Positions 50,291 to 63,990 of a stretch of DNA of 64,000 nucleotides are shown here, piece by piece. This DNA is from Camelus ferus (taxonomy: Eukaryota). Below the pieces are notes generated by a model. It saw only the letters and a list, made by a program, of their open reading frames with translations. It ran no database searches and was not told where the DNA came from. The first letter of the stretch is position 1. The number at the start of each line of letters is the position of its first letter. Position numbers and translations under genes: made by a program. Where the stretch lies: positions 77,006,001 to 77,070,000 of the forward strand of contig NC_045696.1 in assembly GCF_009834535.1 (NCBI RefSeq). Reading direction: 5' to 3'.

Positions 50291-53200
50291 GTGTGAGTTC
50301 CCTAGTGTCAAATGAAGTGTTCATTCAACAAACATTAAGGAAAAATTGTTTGTGTGCATGGCATTGTGGGTGATAGAAAGGTAATGAGGTTAAATCTCAT
50401 CAGGATTCCTCTTAAGAGGGGAGAACCTATGAGTTTTTGGTAACATGATTTGATTATTTCTTGGGATAGAAGCTGAGACCTGAAAACTAAGAAGTGTAGA
50501 TCTGGGTGGGCCTGCACTGCTGGGTAAGAGGGAGGTTTTGCTTGTTGCTCCTGAGGAGGAGGGGGAGATAAGAGATGATGGAAAAGAGACTGGGTAGAAC
50601 CAGGAGAAGGCAGGAGACCATGACCTACCTCGACCCTAGTCAAGTCTAACAAGTCCTGAATACTTCACGTGAGTAAATTTCATATGGAAACTAGTAAGAA
50701 TCTTGATTCTTCATCCAGAATGTCCCAAGACAGTGGGGGATGTACGAGGGAGGCTGTGTGGCATAGAGATGCATAAGGAAGAAAGCAGTCAAGCACTCAT
50801 AGCTCAGATCATGGAATTGTGTTCAGGACACGTTGGAAGAGACATCTGCTTAGAAGCAGGTGGTTGTGGGTTATCCCAAAATGAATAGGATAAGCCCCAC
50901 CACCCTCAGCCAAAGCTATGAGACCGTGAATAACTTTAGAGACAACAGCAATGTGAAAATGACTTACTGCTAATCTGTTGAAAAGTAATTACCAATGGCA
51001 GAACAGCCCTGATTATTTCAAGATACATAAAGGATTATCAAGATAGAAAAGTCTGGAAGCATAACGAGTAATTGTGGTATCCTACATATTTCCTTACTGA
51101 CTAACACAGATCTGTAGAGGCAAGAATGGAGAAGGCTAACATTTGTGTGGTTATAAAATATTTAAAATTCAAGGATTTAATTAAATCATTCTTTCCCCTC
51201 AGACACATAGTGTTTCATCATGGTAGGCTTGTGTGTAATGTGTGTATGTGAATCCACCTAATTTTCTAACTTGGAATTAATTTTTCTCAGTATAGAATTG
51301 CTGAAATGAGCTTTATTACATTCACTTTATTTGAAATTAACTACTGTGACCTGCTTTGTTATTTTTGGTGATGACATGTTACTAAATTTCTCACAATGTA
51401 CTATGACAATAATTTGGATAAATGAATTGCATACTTAAAAGATGTTGTTCTTTTGTTTTAATGTGAAAGGTAATCTTTAATTATTTTAACAGAGCATATG
51501 CCTCTGTAATAAGTCAGTCTCCAAAATATGATTGTTTACAATGAATATGCCAGTTTCTTTGGAAGATATATTGTTTTACTGGTTAAAAATATTAAGCAAT
51601 TCCCAAAGCACTTAATTCAATTTCGTTTGACTAGATCATTACAGTTTTTCATTTAAGCACAGACAAGTCTTCAGAATAATGTTTCCAGCCCTCAAACTTT
51701 CATTCTAAATTTAGGTCAGGTAATTAGTGTGTGTTCCCCATAAGAAACAGTTCATTATAATGGTAAACATCCATTGGTTAAATCTACCTGGAAGAGTAAA
51801 TGTCTTATTTGAGTGTTTTAACGATACTAGAAGAACTTTTCAAACCAAGATTGAACTGCAACTTGTGTACTTTCAAAATCTGGTCTTTGCTACTTGTATA
51901 AATTTGCCATACCTGTTTCATACCTTCCTACAGAAATGGCACTTGAGTAAAATGCTACTTGTGTTCACATTAGAAGAAAATCAAATATGTAAGCTGGCAT
52001 GAAAGTGCAACACCTTGCTAAATTCCATTTTCTGACTAAGGAAGACCAGCAATGATATTTTAAGCATCAGTCAATGAGACTCCTGCTTAAGGAGCTTGTG
52101 TTCTGCTGTGTCTGCAGTTGTACAATCACTGGGGATCTGATTAGCTTCATGTATGTCTTTCCTCATTTATCATCTACCTTAGATTCATATCCAAATGAGA
52201 GTTAATAAGGGAGTGATGGGGACATTGTTGTACTTCTCTTTAGAGATGTTACTTCTCTCACACAGAAATGTAGCAATAGATTGAGATTTTTTTTTTCCAT
52301 GACAAGGGGGATTTTTTTTTCCATTCAGTTTTCTGGGTACGTTAAAAAATGTATATAATCTTTTATGCATCACTGAAAATGAATTGATTCAAATACAGTT
52401 CCTTAAGCAAAAGGAACAATAAAACTGGTCTTCTGGATTGACAAGTAAGTCTTGGAGAACGTTCTTGTATGGTAGGCACGCATGAGTGTCTGAATTTATA
52501 ATGCTGTGGGCCAGGGTCTGGACTTGAGTGAAATTCCGGAGTAAATGCTTCCTGAGAACTAATTTTTTAAAGATGATTATTTGGTCTGTGCTGGTGATCT
52601 CTCTCTGCTTCATCACACATCACTGCACATTTTTCTTTGAAAATCTCTACATCATTTATTCCAGGCTACCTGTGTGAGAGTTATTCATATATGAACAAAT
52701 ATAAATTATAGTCACCTAGTGTCACTGATCCTCAGCATTGTTCCCCTTTTGCTTAGAATGACTACATCGCATTTTCACATTCAGCTAATTGGGTTTGGTT
52801 AAGTGGTATGTACTATATCTATTGCTGTAAGGATATTCTATGTTGGTTACTACCTAGATCCAAAGTAGAAAGCAAATATACCTTAAGGAATGAATGGATT
52901 TATTATTTGAAATCTTTCTATTCCTTTCTCCCCTCTAAATCTGCAGATGAACTTCTTCTGCCAAGTCCAGAAGTGGAAAGTTCTCAAACAGGGATAAAGT
53001 GGGATGGAGTATGTTCAAGAGTGCTGTAAAATCCAAGTTATTGATTTAGTTAGGGTTTTCCTCCAAAGATCATGTACAAAATAACCCTTGTTTCTTTCCT
53101 TTACATCTAAACTCTTTTCAGATGTTTTTTTCAGGGTTCCACTCACGATAGATCTTTGATGAGGCACATAAAGAACTGATGTAGGTAGACCGAAACGACA

Positions 53201-54042
53201 GATGCCATCAATAAATGCCTTCACAAAAATACTTGCCTGTCACAAGTTAATTTGATGCAGTATTTTCTGTCATGAGGGTGGATTAATTTTGTCCATTTTC
53301 TCCTCTTGTCGTAATTCTTGTCATGTGAAAAAGAATGTATTATAAAGAAGAACATACTAGACGTTATAATTCTGTGATAACTCATTTTTGTGACAAAGAA
53401 TATAATGAGGCCAGACAATAGTGCAAATTCATCATATTCTTACAGTGAACTTAATATTGACTTCCTGGCTTCTCTTCATGATTTCGAGGGCATGTCACTT
53501 ATGGTTTTATACCAACCAAATGATGAAAGAAACCACCATTGAAAGACTGGTACTGATTACAAAAGCCTTTTCAGCAGCGAAATAATAGAACCATTTTGAT
53601 TTCTTTTTCCTTTCCAGCTTAAAAACATATCTTATGTATATATGTGATTTCATTTTGATGAAGAAAGACTCATTGATTTGATAGTTACTCAGAAAGTGTT
53701 ATAAACTTGAAGATTGGGCTGCATTTATCATTGAGGAGAGAGTGGATTTTCTCAATAAATCACTCTTATAAGTCATAAAGGAAAAACAAAGTTTTATAAT
53801 AAAGAACCTTTCCAAAATACTCCTCACATTTTGTCCCAATAGCTAAAGCAAAGCAATCACTTTAGCATGGTCTGAAGTCATAGCCAGGAAGCTCTGATTC
53901 AGGATCTAACTCCCTCGTGAACAGACTGGTTGTTTTTAATCTGCCATCATGTCTACCACCTCCATCCTAATTCCCTTCTACCCATTTCTTCTTTTCATTT
54001 TGGAACAAAGAGGGAAACAATTATGTATAAGCAACCACTCCT

Positions 54043-54152
54043 ATATGAAAATGAATATATGTATGCACATGTATGACTGAAGCATTATGCTGCACACCAG
54101 AAATTGACACAACATTGTAAACTGACTGTACTTCAATGATAATACACATATG
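54043..54152 (+). mobile_element. 110-bp L1 3' end with 15-bp TSD
   Basis: ATGAAAATGAATATATGTATG...GCTGCACACCAGAAATTGACACAACATTGTAAACTGAC. TSD TAAGCAACCACTCCT at 54028-54042 and 54153-54167. Confidence 0.9.
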
Positions 54153-57004
54153 TAAGCAACCACTCCTTTTGTACAACTTCAGGCAAACATTTCAACAGAA
54201 ACATAGGAGATAGAATCTGTAGGGAATATTGGAGCTGGAAGAATAATTCCACAATAGGAATGCCATCTCAATAACATATTTGGTGCCATTCCCTGCTCAT
54301 TACGGTCAGTGAAAAATCATATATAATCACTGTTTCATTAGTTCAGACAGCTCCTCAGAAGCCTTCTTAACACAGCATTAGAAAGTGCTGATAATTGGTT
54401 TTGTCTCAAGAGTGGAAGTCTGTTCATGGTTTTTGCCATAAGGTTCACTTTGTGCCTGGTGTATAGATAACATTAAGAAATATTCATTGAATGGATGATG
54501 TTCCAAATTTACAAAAAGAGAAATTATCCGTCTGCGTAGCTAGGGTCTTGTTTCTCCCATAAAATAGGAGTGATTCTGTCAATAAAATTCTTAACTTTTA
54601 GACTTTCCTAACTCCAGAAGGTGAGGATCACACATAAAAATGCACGTGAAGACCTACTGAGAGATCTGTGTATGCACATGAAATCTATATGTATTATGAA
54701 TATGTGCACAAGCCTAAATTCACTCGGAGTACAGAGCAGTGCAGAGACTATTAGATTTTGCTTCTGCTCCCCCTTCTGTATGACCTTGGGTCTCAGTTTC
54801 CTCAGTTGTAAGACTTAAGTGCCAGATTTTTTCTTTTAATTCTAACTTCCTATGTTTCTAAGCCCATGTGCAAAACCAATTATAAAATAAACCAGTAAAT
54901 TTCACTTGACCTGATTTCATGGATTTATTTTTATCTAAGAGAGAAAATTAGACATTCTACTTGAATTTTTTGCCAAGGGCCTTTGATGAAGTTGTCAAAA
55001 CCCAATGTTTGATTTTTCTTTTCTTAATTACAGTTACCTGTAGGAAAAATATGTGATAGTATTCTTTTCTTGTTAGAACCTGAGGATTCCATTCTAGTGT
55101 TGAAATTGGAAAATTTCCAGCTCCGTGTGATGTGAATACAAAGAATATATTCTGTGACCGAGGCAGAATTTATCCAGGGAGGGACCTGCTCTTGAGTCTC
55201 CTGGAAGATCTGCTGCCTTCTGAGAACAAAAGGCCTAATCTGATGTGGGTTCTTGCAAATGGTGCTCCCACAGGAAGTCCATGTCACCCAGTGGGGAAGC
55301 AAATAATTGGCCAGACAGTCTTGGAATGAATGTAGCTGCTGGTTGGCAGGTGGGGTACATTGTAAAGCAACACATCCAGGCTACACAGTAATTTGTTTTT
55401 AATTACCATGTTTGCTTGGGAAAGGCTGTAAGGTCTACTCATTGCTCATATTGGCCTGCTAATTGACTATTTGGAGATTTACAAACTGGGTTTTACACAG
55501 CTTCTTCTCTGATTGCCTGTGGTGATCTGAATGGCATGTGATTCATTCAGTTCTTCTAAAACTTTGTTTCAATATCTCTAACAAAGATGAAAGAGCAAAC
55601 TTACCCCTGATTAAATCTCTTGACTTTGTAAAGATGGTGGGAAGACTGTAAAAGACCCTGTAAGCATGTCTTTGATTTCATTTTTGTTTCCTGGGTTTCT
55701 AATGGAATATTTTTGTGGGAAATATGCCTGGATGTCAACAAATCAACACTAATTAACGTGCATGCTCTTCCAGCCCAGGGAAGTGGGAGAAGGAGGTAAG
55801 GTAGATGTGAGGAGAGCAGCCAGGCTGCAAGAGAAGCCAAGCAAATGGTGAGCCAGGTGCCTGCCCAGCAGGAAGTGTGCCCAGGAGCAGAGCCTGGATG
55901 TCTGTGGTGGGTCAGATGGGGTTCAGAAGAGCACAGGTGCTGGGCAAGTCCACCCCTAGAACCTGGGAGCAGTCACAGATCAAGCTGGGCCGGATGAAAA
56001 TAGGCACAGAGATGACCTACAAGAGTTAAGAAGAGGCAGTCAGAACTGGGTCAGTCAGAGGCCGTGTTGAAGGTGGTGAGTGAGAAGGGGTGCACACATG
56101 CAGAAAGGCCTGTGTGAAATTCCGCCGGCCAGAGGGATGGTCCCCTCCGGATATTGAACTGAGAGCAGAGATTGTATTGCTTATAATGTGTCTCCAAGGT
56201 CTCAGAGCTGTTGGGGCAGGGATGAGGGACTAATGCTGATTATTAGCAGTCTAAGAAGGGGTCCTGTTGTCAGTGTCTTTTGCATGTGTAGTGATATAAA
56301 ATTTCTGATACAAATTTTAAACATAAAAATTCCATGTTAAATATTTAGCCTGACTGTACTTCTTGGGGTTAGGGATACTTTTTTTTTTTAAACCGAACAC
56401 ATTGTAGTTCAGTCCTTCAAGGTCTATAATAGTTCCTGACATAAAATTGGTGCCTAATGAGTTTCATCTAATATTTATTGGATAAAAGAATGATTTTTCT
56501 TTCTGCAATATTTTGGCCTCAGATCTTAAGGATATAAATTGTAGCTCTCTGCCCACAGGAACTCAACAAAAGCACAATGAAGTTTAGACCTTCTCTGTGA
56601 AATTTAGATACCAATTCATCTTGACTTGGTGATCTAAATATTTTCACTTTGCACTTGTTAGGAGATGGGTATAGGTGATGCTTTCTCCACAACTGCCTGA
56701 TCTTTCAAGTGTTTTTAGTCATTGTCAACAATGTTAGAACTTAATCTTTGTATTGGCCTGCTATTAATTTTATTATATGGCCAGGATGCAGAAATTTGGA
56801 CTTGGACCAAAAGTACCAAAAGTAGAAGGATGAGAATCTTCACTTATATGTTTGATGTTTTTTATTTTATATTACTTTTTCAAAATTGCACTCTTAAAAA
56901 CATCGCTAAATCACTGCTTCTCAACTTGGAGCCACACCCTCTTCCTTGGCAGGGATGGGTGGTGGTATGGGGCTGATGGCACAAAGGGTTGAGAATAGCA
57001 AGTC

Positions 57005-57195
57005 AGATTTCCCTGGATCCAGTTCACAGCTCTACCACCTATTAGTGTTGTAACAGAGGCCAGGTGATCTCTTCTGTAAAATGGGAACAATGACACTACT
57101 TCGTGCTGGTGGGAAGACTGAGTATGTTATATGTGGAATGCACTTAGAAGGCTGCCAGATCCACAGTAAGCACTATATAAGTGTTAATTATTATC
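57005..57195 (+). mobile_element. MIR relic
   Basis: CTGTAAAATGGGAACAATGAC.CTACTTC...GCACTTAGAA...CACAGTAAGCACTATATAAGTGTTAATTATT. Confidence 0.75.
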
Positions 57196-59009
57196 AATAA
57201 AATTCTGATCATAATAACTATTATTACCTGTAATTCATATTTGAGAGGATGCTATGGAGGATAGAGAAACTTTGACCACTCCCAAAGATCAGCAAATATG
57301 GTGGTAGATAGATTGGAAATAAATTGGACATTAATTAGAATGTCTGAGCAATTTTATCTTCACCTAGATGTTTTAACAGAGGTTTTATTTTCTGTTCAGG
57401 TGTTTGATAATATGGTGTGTATAACATATTCATTTTTAATGAATGAACATAGTACAGAGACTACACTAAAAGAGTTACTTTTATACAGATTGATTAACTC
57501 TCTATGATCTTTTTAAAATTGTGAGGATAATAATTAAGCTGTGCTTTCATGACAATTGTAATTATGAAATAATATTGACTGAGAATTCAAGCCTTATGCA
57601 ATTAACACAAAATGGTAATAACCAAGCATATTGTATTCTACTGACACTGGTAAAGCAAATTTATTCCATTAAAACAAGAAAAGAGATATGACTTGAAAAT
57701 ATACATGGCAAAGCCTCAAAGGTAAAGCAAAATTTGGATATCCAGGTGATCAGAGTTGATCATCCTAGAATAATCATGGCTCTAATGAAGCTGTTATCAG
57801 ATCTTTTCTGAGGACTGTTAACCCAAAGCCCAACTGTGGCATCTTAATCAACACACTCACCTGTATAATTTCTTCCTGGGATTGCCTTCTATTGTTTGAA
57901 ATTACATTTAATCCTTCCACAATAGGAGGCTGATAGGCAATTGTGAATGCCCGAATCACACTGGTTTACTCCCTAATTTCATTTGAGAAAACCATTTTAT
58001 AAACTAGTATCTTGATTCCAAGCAGGAATGAGATGGAATACACAACTGAGTGTCCACAGGGGGTTTCAGCATTTCATTTGGGGTGTCACATTGAACATTA
58101 AAATGCAATGTAATAAAAAGATGTGTGGAAGAGATGAAATGATGGTGTCCTGCTGAATAACTTAAAGGAAAAACCACTGCTTCAGCTTTCAGTGCTGCAA
58201 TTTTTTTTAGAGCTTCAACTGATACCTTGACTTCAATCACAGAACCTCTAGTTAGTTTGCAGAGATGGGTTTATAACCCTCCTGGGTGAAGGGAAACAGT
58301 CCAGCCTGATTGGTTCACAAATAGGAGGCTAGCTCATGAAACAAAGGAGGGAAGATGAAGAAATCTAGTCAGCAATGTGAAAGGTGGAACAGAAGTTTCC
58401 CGGGGGAAATGTGCGTGAGTGGAAGCTCAGTTTCAAAAACTAAGAACTTGGAGGACAATGGAAGGGCAAGATAAGCTGAGCCTACAGAAGAAAAACAGAA
58501 AGGGAGGAAACTCTGCCACACTGTGAGCAAACAGCTGATTTAAACGAGAAAAATTCAAACTGGATATTTAAAAAAAATGTACAGACCAAAAAAGGGAACA
58601 TGGCAACACCATGTAACTGTTTGTTAATAGCTATATTGTGGAGCTTTTCAGAATACCATGGTTTCAAACAAAACAAAACTGAATTTGGTTAAGTAAATTT
58701 GAGAGTACCCACTTAGCTTATAATATGCTTGCCCTGAGAACATGTGTAGGCTATATATTTTGTTGCATATGTGAATAGATTATTTATATTTTTATGTTTT
58801 ATTATGCTATATTATATATGATACATATATTCGGTTATACTATGTCAATATAATATACATTTGTTAGGTTCTAGCCTCCATTTTTCTTTAAGGTTAAGAT
58901 TACTGCCTTGAAAAATAGAAGTTATTAAAACGAGTTTAAAAAGTGTTTTGTAGAGCAGAGTCATTTCCATTTGGACAATGCTTAGTTAAATTGACTTTGA
59001 GGAACAAAG

Positions 59010-59250
59010 CCTGTCAGCTCTACCTTTTAAATGTATCCAGAGGCTGCTGGCTACTCACCCCTTCCCCTGCTGCTACCCACCGTCTTTCACTAGATGATGG
59101 AAATAGCCTAACTCGTCTCCCTGTCTCTACCTTAGTCCCAGCATCACAGCCAAAAAGGTGCTGTGAAAATGAAAGTCACGCCATGCTGCTCCTCTGCTCA
59201 CACTCTAAAGGCTCCCATCTTACTTACAGTCTAAGGCCATGCATGCTTGG
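59010..59250 (+). mobile_element. L2 relic
   Basis: CAGCTCTACCTT..AAATGTATCCAGA...AATAGCCT.ACTCGTCTCCCTG...CCTCTGCTCACACTCTAAAGGCTCCCATC. Confidence 0.7.
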
Positions 59251-59844
59251 CGCCTGCAGAAAGACCCAGAGGCTCTGCAGAGCTTAGCCTGCTTGATACA
59301 GCCTTTGTATCTGTATTGTATTCAAGGCACTTCCTTTCATTGGATAGTCTACTTCAGAGAGGCTGCTTTGCTTTCCAAGTTCCACAAACCTGGACCTAAT
59401 TTCTGGCACTGTGTTTGCTATAACCCAGTTCTATTAGAATATAACCATTTGGCCACTTTTATGGAGTTTGTAATAATTGGGTTTCACCTGTTACACTTAT
59501 TATAGTTGGTGCTGTGGTTTAATGATTCTTATCCAGGCTTGTCACTGCCCAAGGGTTGAGAGTTCCGAACTTTCTTGTAAAGGAGATGAAATAAATATTA
59601 GAATTGTCATTTCAAGAGTAGAAAGTTTAAGGTGGAGATGTTTGGCTGTAGGAATTTGAAAGTTGCTTTTTAAATTGTGAGGAGATACACTTTTAACTTA
59701 GAGTGACCCAAGGAGCTCCAAATAGAGGGAAATGTTTTGACTGAACTGATTCTTTTAAGACGTTTTCAGGTAAGGGAGAGAAGTAACATCTATAATTGAT
59801 AAGAATGCAGCTTTGTGTAAATATTAAAAAACTTTTGGGCCAGA

Positions 59845-59995
59845 TGTAGTACTTCCTAAACTTAGTGTTTATTGTTAAAATGCAGATTCCTGGGCTTGCC
59901 TGTCGATACTCTGATTTAGAGCTGGAGTGGGGCTCTGAAGCATGTGTTTATATAAGAATCATCCTTGGACCTCAGTCTGAGAAATTTTAGTAGAA
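59845..59995. mobile_element. MER5-like relic
   Basis: TTGTTAAAATGCAGATTCCTGGGC...CTGATT...CTGGAGTGGGGC. Confidence 0.65.
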
Positions 59996-62900
59996 GGTAG
60001 AAGACAAGAAGATGGGCTCTCTTGACAGGGCACTAAATGGCTTATGTGACCTTGGTCATGTAAGGGTCTGTCTTCTTTCAGTACCTCTATGATATTAGCA
60101 ACCCATAGATACATATTACAGAATATAAATATTGTTCCCATGCATTATCTAATTTAATATTCTTAGAATATTGCAAGGTAGTTATTATTGTTCTCATTTT
60201 ATAGAAACAAATACAGGGTTCAGAAGGGCATCACAGATCAGTGACAAATCAGCAATAAAAGCAAGATAAAAAATCATGCTACTTTTAACCCTATACTGTG
60301 CCTATCACTGCACTTGAGATGCGGAAGAGTGGGTTCAGACTACGTATGCTTCTTTCTGGTTACATTCTGTGATTTAGTCAGCTAGTTTCGATAGATACAG
60401 AGTTATTTTCAGCCCACATTTCCACTGTAGCAGGGTTCAATTCCAAGCAGTTATTCTGGTTAAATTGATGGCTGAAACACATTAAATATGAAACTAATCT
60501 TTTTTTGGTGTAGACTATTCTGTTTTATTAATCACTGGGTCATACAGATGGCTTCCTTGATAATCAAGTCCATGGATTAGCACATGACTTTGGGGGAATT
60601 AGAGGCAATGGGAAGGGAAGGAACCAACAGAAATGAATTGACTCTTGCACCAAGAAATGGCTGGGGACATTGCAGCAGATTTCCCCCGGAACATAGATCA
60701 GTAAAAATTTATGACTGGGGAGAAACAGCAATAACTTTCTCCTCCCCACCAGTGCTCTGAACAAAGTGTGATGTAAGGCAAAGGAGTAGGAAGATGAGAG
60801 ATCAAGCAGTGCTCGTGTTATTTACACGTCTAATTGTGGAGAGTGTGGCTCCTCTCTACCCACGAGCAGGCTTCCTACTGCTGAGGTTCAGAGTCTAACA
60901 GCCTCCCCGCAGGGCAGGGGCCTTTCAGCAGAAGCAGGCGTTCTTCTTCTGCAGGAAGGCTGCTCCCAAGAGGACAGGAGGAGCCAGAAGCTGAGTTGTG
61001 GCTCAGCTGGATGCCTCTCCAGACTTCACTGAACAGGTGAAGATCTCCTTGGAGATCATCCACCTTTACTCATCTCTCTTGTAGCCCAAGAGGCAGGGAG
61101 CTCTGAGGGGAAATCCCTCCTTGAGCAAACTAGAGGAGTGGGGAATAAACGTGCCCTCCTAGTAGTCACCTTCCGTCTCATAAGACCTATGTGGAATGTG
61201 TAGTGGAAACAGGAATCCTGAGTAGAATTTGGAGGGTGCTCCTTTCGGTGGAAGAAAGGATGGGAGGAGAGTGGACCTTTTCTCCGTCCTAATTCTTGTT
61301 CTCATATACAGACTTCAGTGTCTGATTTCCTTTCCCTGCTCTGAGCTGAAAGGTTCTTCTTTCTCCCCATACTGTATTTCTCTGTCTTAAGAGGCTCCCT
61401 TGAGGAAACCTGCCTCCACTCTAGCTTGAGATTCCAACTCATTACATCCAGCGCTTTCCTCCCCGCCCACCTTGTACACATTGCCTCATAATAGGGGAAA
61501 AAATCCTCCTGTCCTCAGCAGACAGAAATAGAAGGGCTACGTTTTCGAGAGGTTACTGAGTTGAAGACTTGTCTAGCAGCATTGTTGATATTTTATTTTT
61601 AGGAATAGAAGAACATCTAATTTGAAGGGATAGGGAGTAAACAGCAATGGCACGAAATTGACATCGTATTAAGCCCATGCAGTCAGAACTCACTGAGTGA
61701 CACTGGCTAGAGAGAGCTCTATGGTAACCTAGGAAGTAAGAATTTTGAGTGTCAGGCAACAGAGGAAATCAAATTACTGTCAACTTGCTATAGGAGCTCT
61801 GTTCAAGCAAATATGTCATGCAGTCAGTAGGCAGACATTTAAAAAGCCATGCTTCCAAGCAAATCTATTGTTTGGTTACTCCCTTAAAGCACTTCCATTT
61901 TTAATCTCAACGCCAAGATCTTCTATCCTTAATTTTGTTCCTGCTCTCCCACCACAGAGCTTCCTCCTCCCGCAGCCAGCACAGATCCCATGTTTAAGAA
62001 TCACAGGATGGCAGAGCTGAAAGCAACCTGAACAGTTCTGTTCTGAGAGCCTCACTTTACAAAAGGAAACTCTCAGGGACATTGCCTGGTCCCCCCTGTA
62101 AAGCAGCAGCAGCACTGCCACTGGTAGAACTCAGCTCCCTCAACCAGCCCCTGACAAAAAAAGAAGGGCATACAGTTCCCTTATAGCAGCAGTTTTCTAT
62201 CTGTTCCCTTCTACCCCGTTAATATTTGAAAAGCAATCTTGTTTAAGAGGAATGCATGAACCTTTAGAGCAGCTTCGTGAGTTGGTATTTCTGGAGATTC
62301 CTGGAGGCTCTCCTCATAGGAACGGCTGGTTCTAATAATGTTGTTGCTACTGTTGATCACCATGTGCTTGACACTATGCTAAGTGCTTTGTGAATCTAAT
62401 TTCATTTAACCTTCGCAGCCATATTACAGGAATCTCATGAAGGTTAAGTTTTTCAGGAGATGCAATGTCAGATCTCATCAAATTCATTTCCAGCCTTTAC
62501 CTTAGTATGCTAGAGAGGACCACGAAGGGATCATCATTACTTTTAAAGCATTGACCCCCGACTAATCATAACTGAGTCCAATAGACAGTGTCACAGGGAG
62601 TGCTGCTTACTCCGTGGGGGCCAAGTGAGATTTCTAATGAGTTGTTCATGGGGGCTAGGCAGAAGGAGGGTTATTGTCTTAAACACAGCTACCACAGAAG
62701 TTGCCTTGAAAGCAGCAGGTCCAGGCTACGGTGAACTGCGAACTGAGTCTTCAACCCTGTGCTAGGCACTTAATAAGGAGTGAGGCCATGGGTTTTTGTT
62801 GAGGCCATGATACAGGTGGCTTACTTTCTGGGCCAGCGCATTGGAAACCTCATGAAATAGGTCTGTAGGCAAACCTTCAAATACCACCTCATCTTATTGA

Positions 62901-63489
62901 GTTTCCATACACAGTGCTCATCACCCAAGTGCCACACAGTGCCCTGTATTAGGTGTTCTAGAAACTTAAATTTTCATGACAACTGCATTATTGCTATTTT
63001 ATACAGAAAAATGTTGAGGCTTAAAGAAGGCCCAATGCCAGGATGCTAGTAAATGACAGAGGTGGGACTTGCCGCTGGTGGGACGGGCTCCAGAGTGTGT
63101 TCTCTTTAGATCACACCAGAGCCAGCACAGCCTCCACCTCTTTTGAGCTCTGCCCCTGAACTGCCCTGTCCATACAGTTTGTTTGGAGTCTCCTGGACAT
63201 GACTTCAAGATTGAAAGAAAAACATTTAGGAATTCCACAACTGCTGGTGAAACTGACTTCCTGAGATTTCCCACCTGACTGATCTGTGACTGACATCCCT
63301 AGCCATACGAGTTATTTGGGTACTTCGTGGCCAGAGCGCTTATCAGCAGCTGCTGTCTGTAAAATGTATCAGGTAAGTGTTATCGCTGCGACAACACAGG
63401 AGTTCCACGCTGCTTTTAGAAACCCAGGCTTTGACAGAGCAAAAGATGGATGTTACCAGTTCAAATTGTTTTTCAACAATAATTCCTGC

Positions 63490-63521
63490 TAGTGACTAAT
63501 ATTGTAGTGACTAATATTGTA
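63490..63521 (+). repeat. Perfect 15-bp tandem duplication (TAGTGACTAATATTG)x2
   Basis: Read directly from the sequence. Confidence 0.95.
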
Positions 63522-63844
63522 ACTTGGATGCACCAATAGACTACTACTGTAGCTTAGAGTCATCTAATGGGTGCAAACAAGGATGTACAAAGCAAATACA
63601 GTGCAGATGGATCATTTTATATTTTTACAGAAACTGGTTTGGTTTCAGTCACTTATTTATTGTTTATTTAGAGCCTGCTATGTGCTGAGTGATGTGCTAG
63701 GTGCTAAATGGAAGGCAAACAATTATCAGGCATTGCTCTGTCTCTTAAGTTTATATCCTCGGTAGGGTAGGAACACCCAAACACACAAACAACCATAGCT
63801 GTATGTGTGTCATCATTCAGCAAAATTTCCAAGGCACATATACA

Positions 63845-63990
63845 TATATAATCCCATTCAATCTTCATAACAGCCCTACAAAGAAGGTATCACCTTCCCT
63901 AAGTTACAATGAAAACATAGAGACCAAGAGAGGTTGGGCAATACAGCTAAGATGTTTGAGAGCCAGAATTTGAACCTAAGTTTTCTGACT
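63845..63990 (-). mobile_element. MIR relic
   Basis: CATTCAATCTTCATAACAGCCCTA...AGAGAGGTT...AGAGCCAGAATTTGAACCTAAG..TTCTGACT. Confidence 0.7.
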
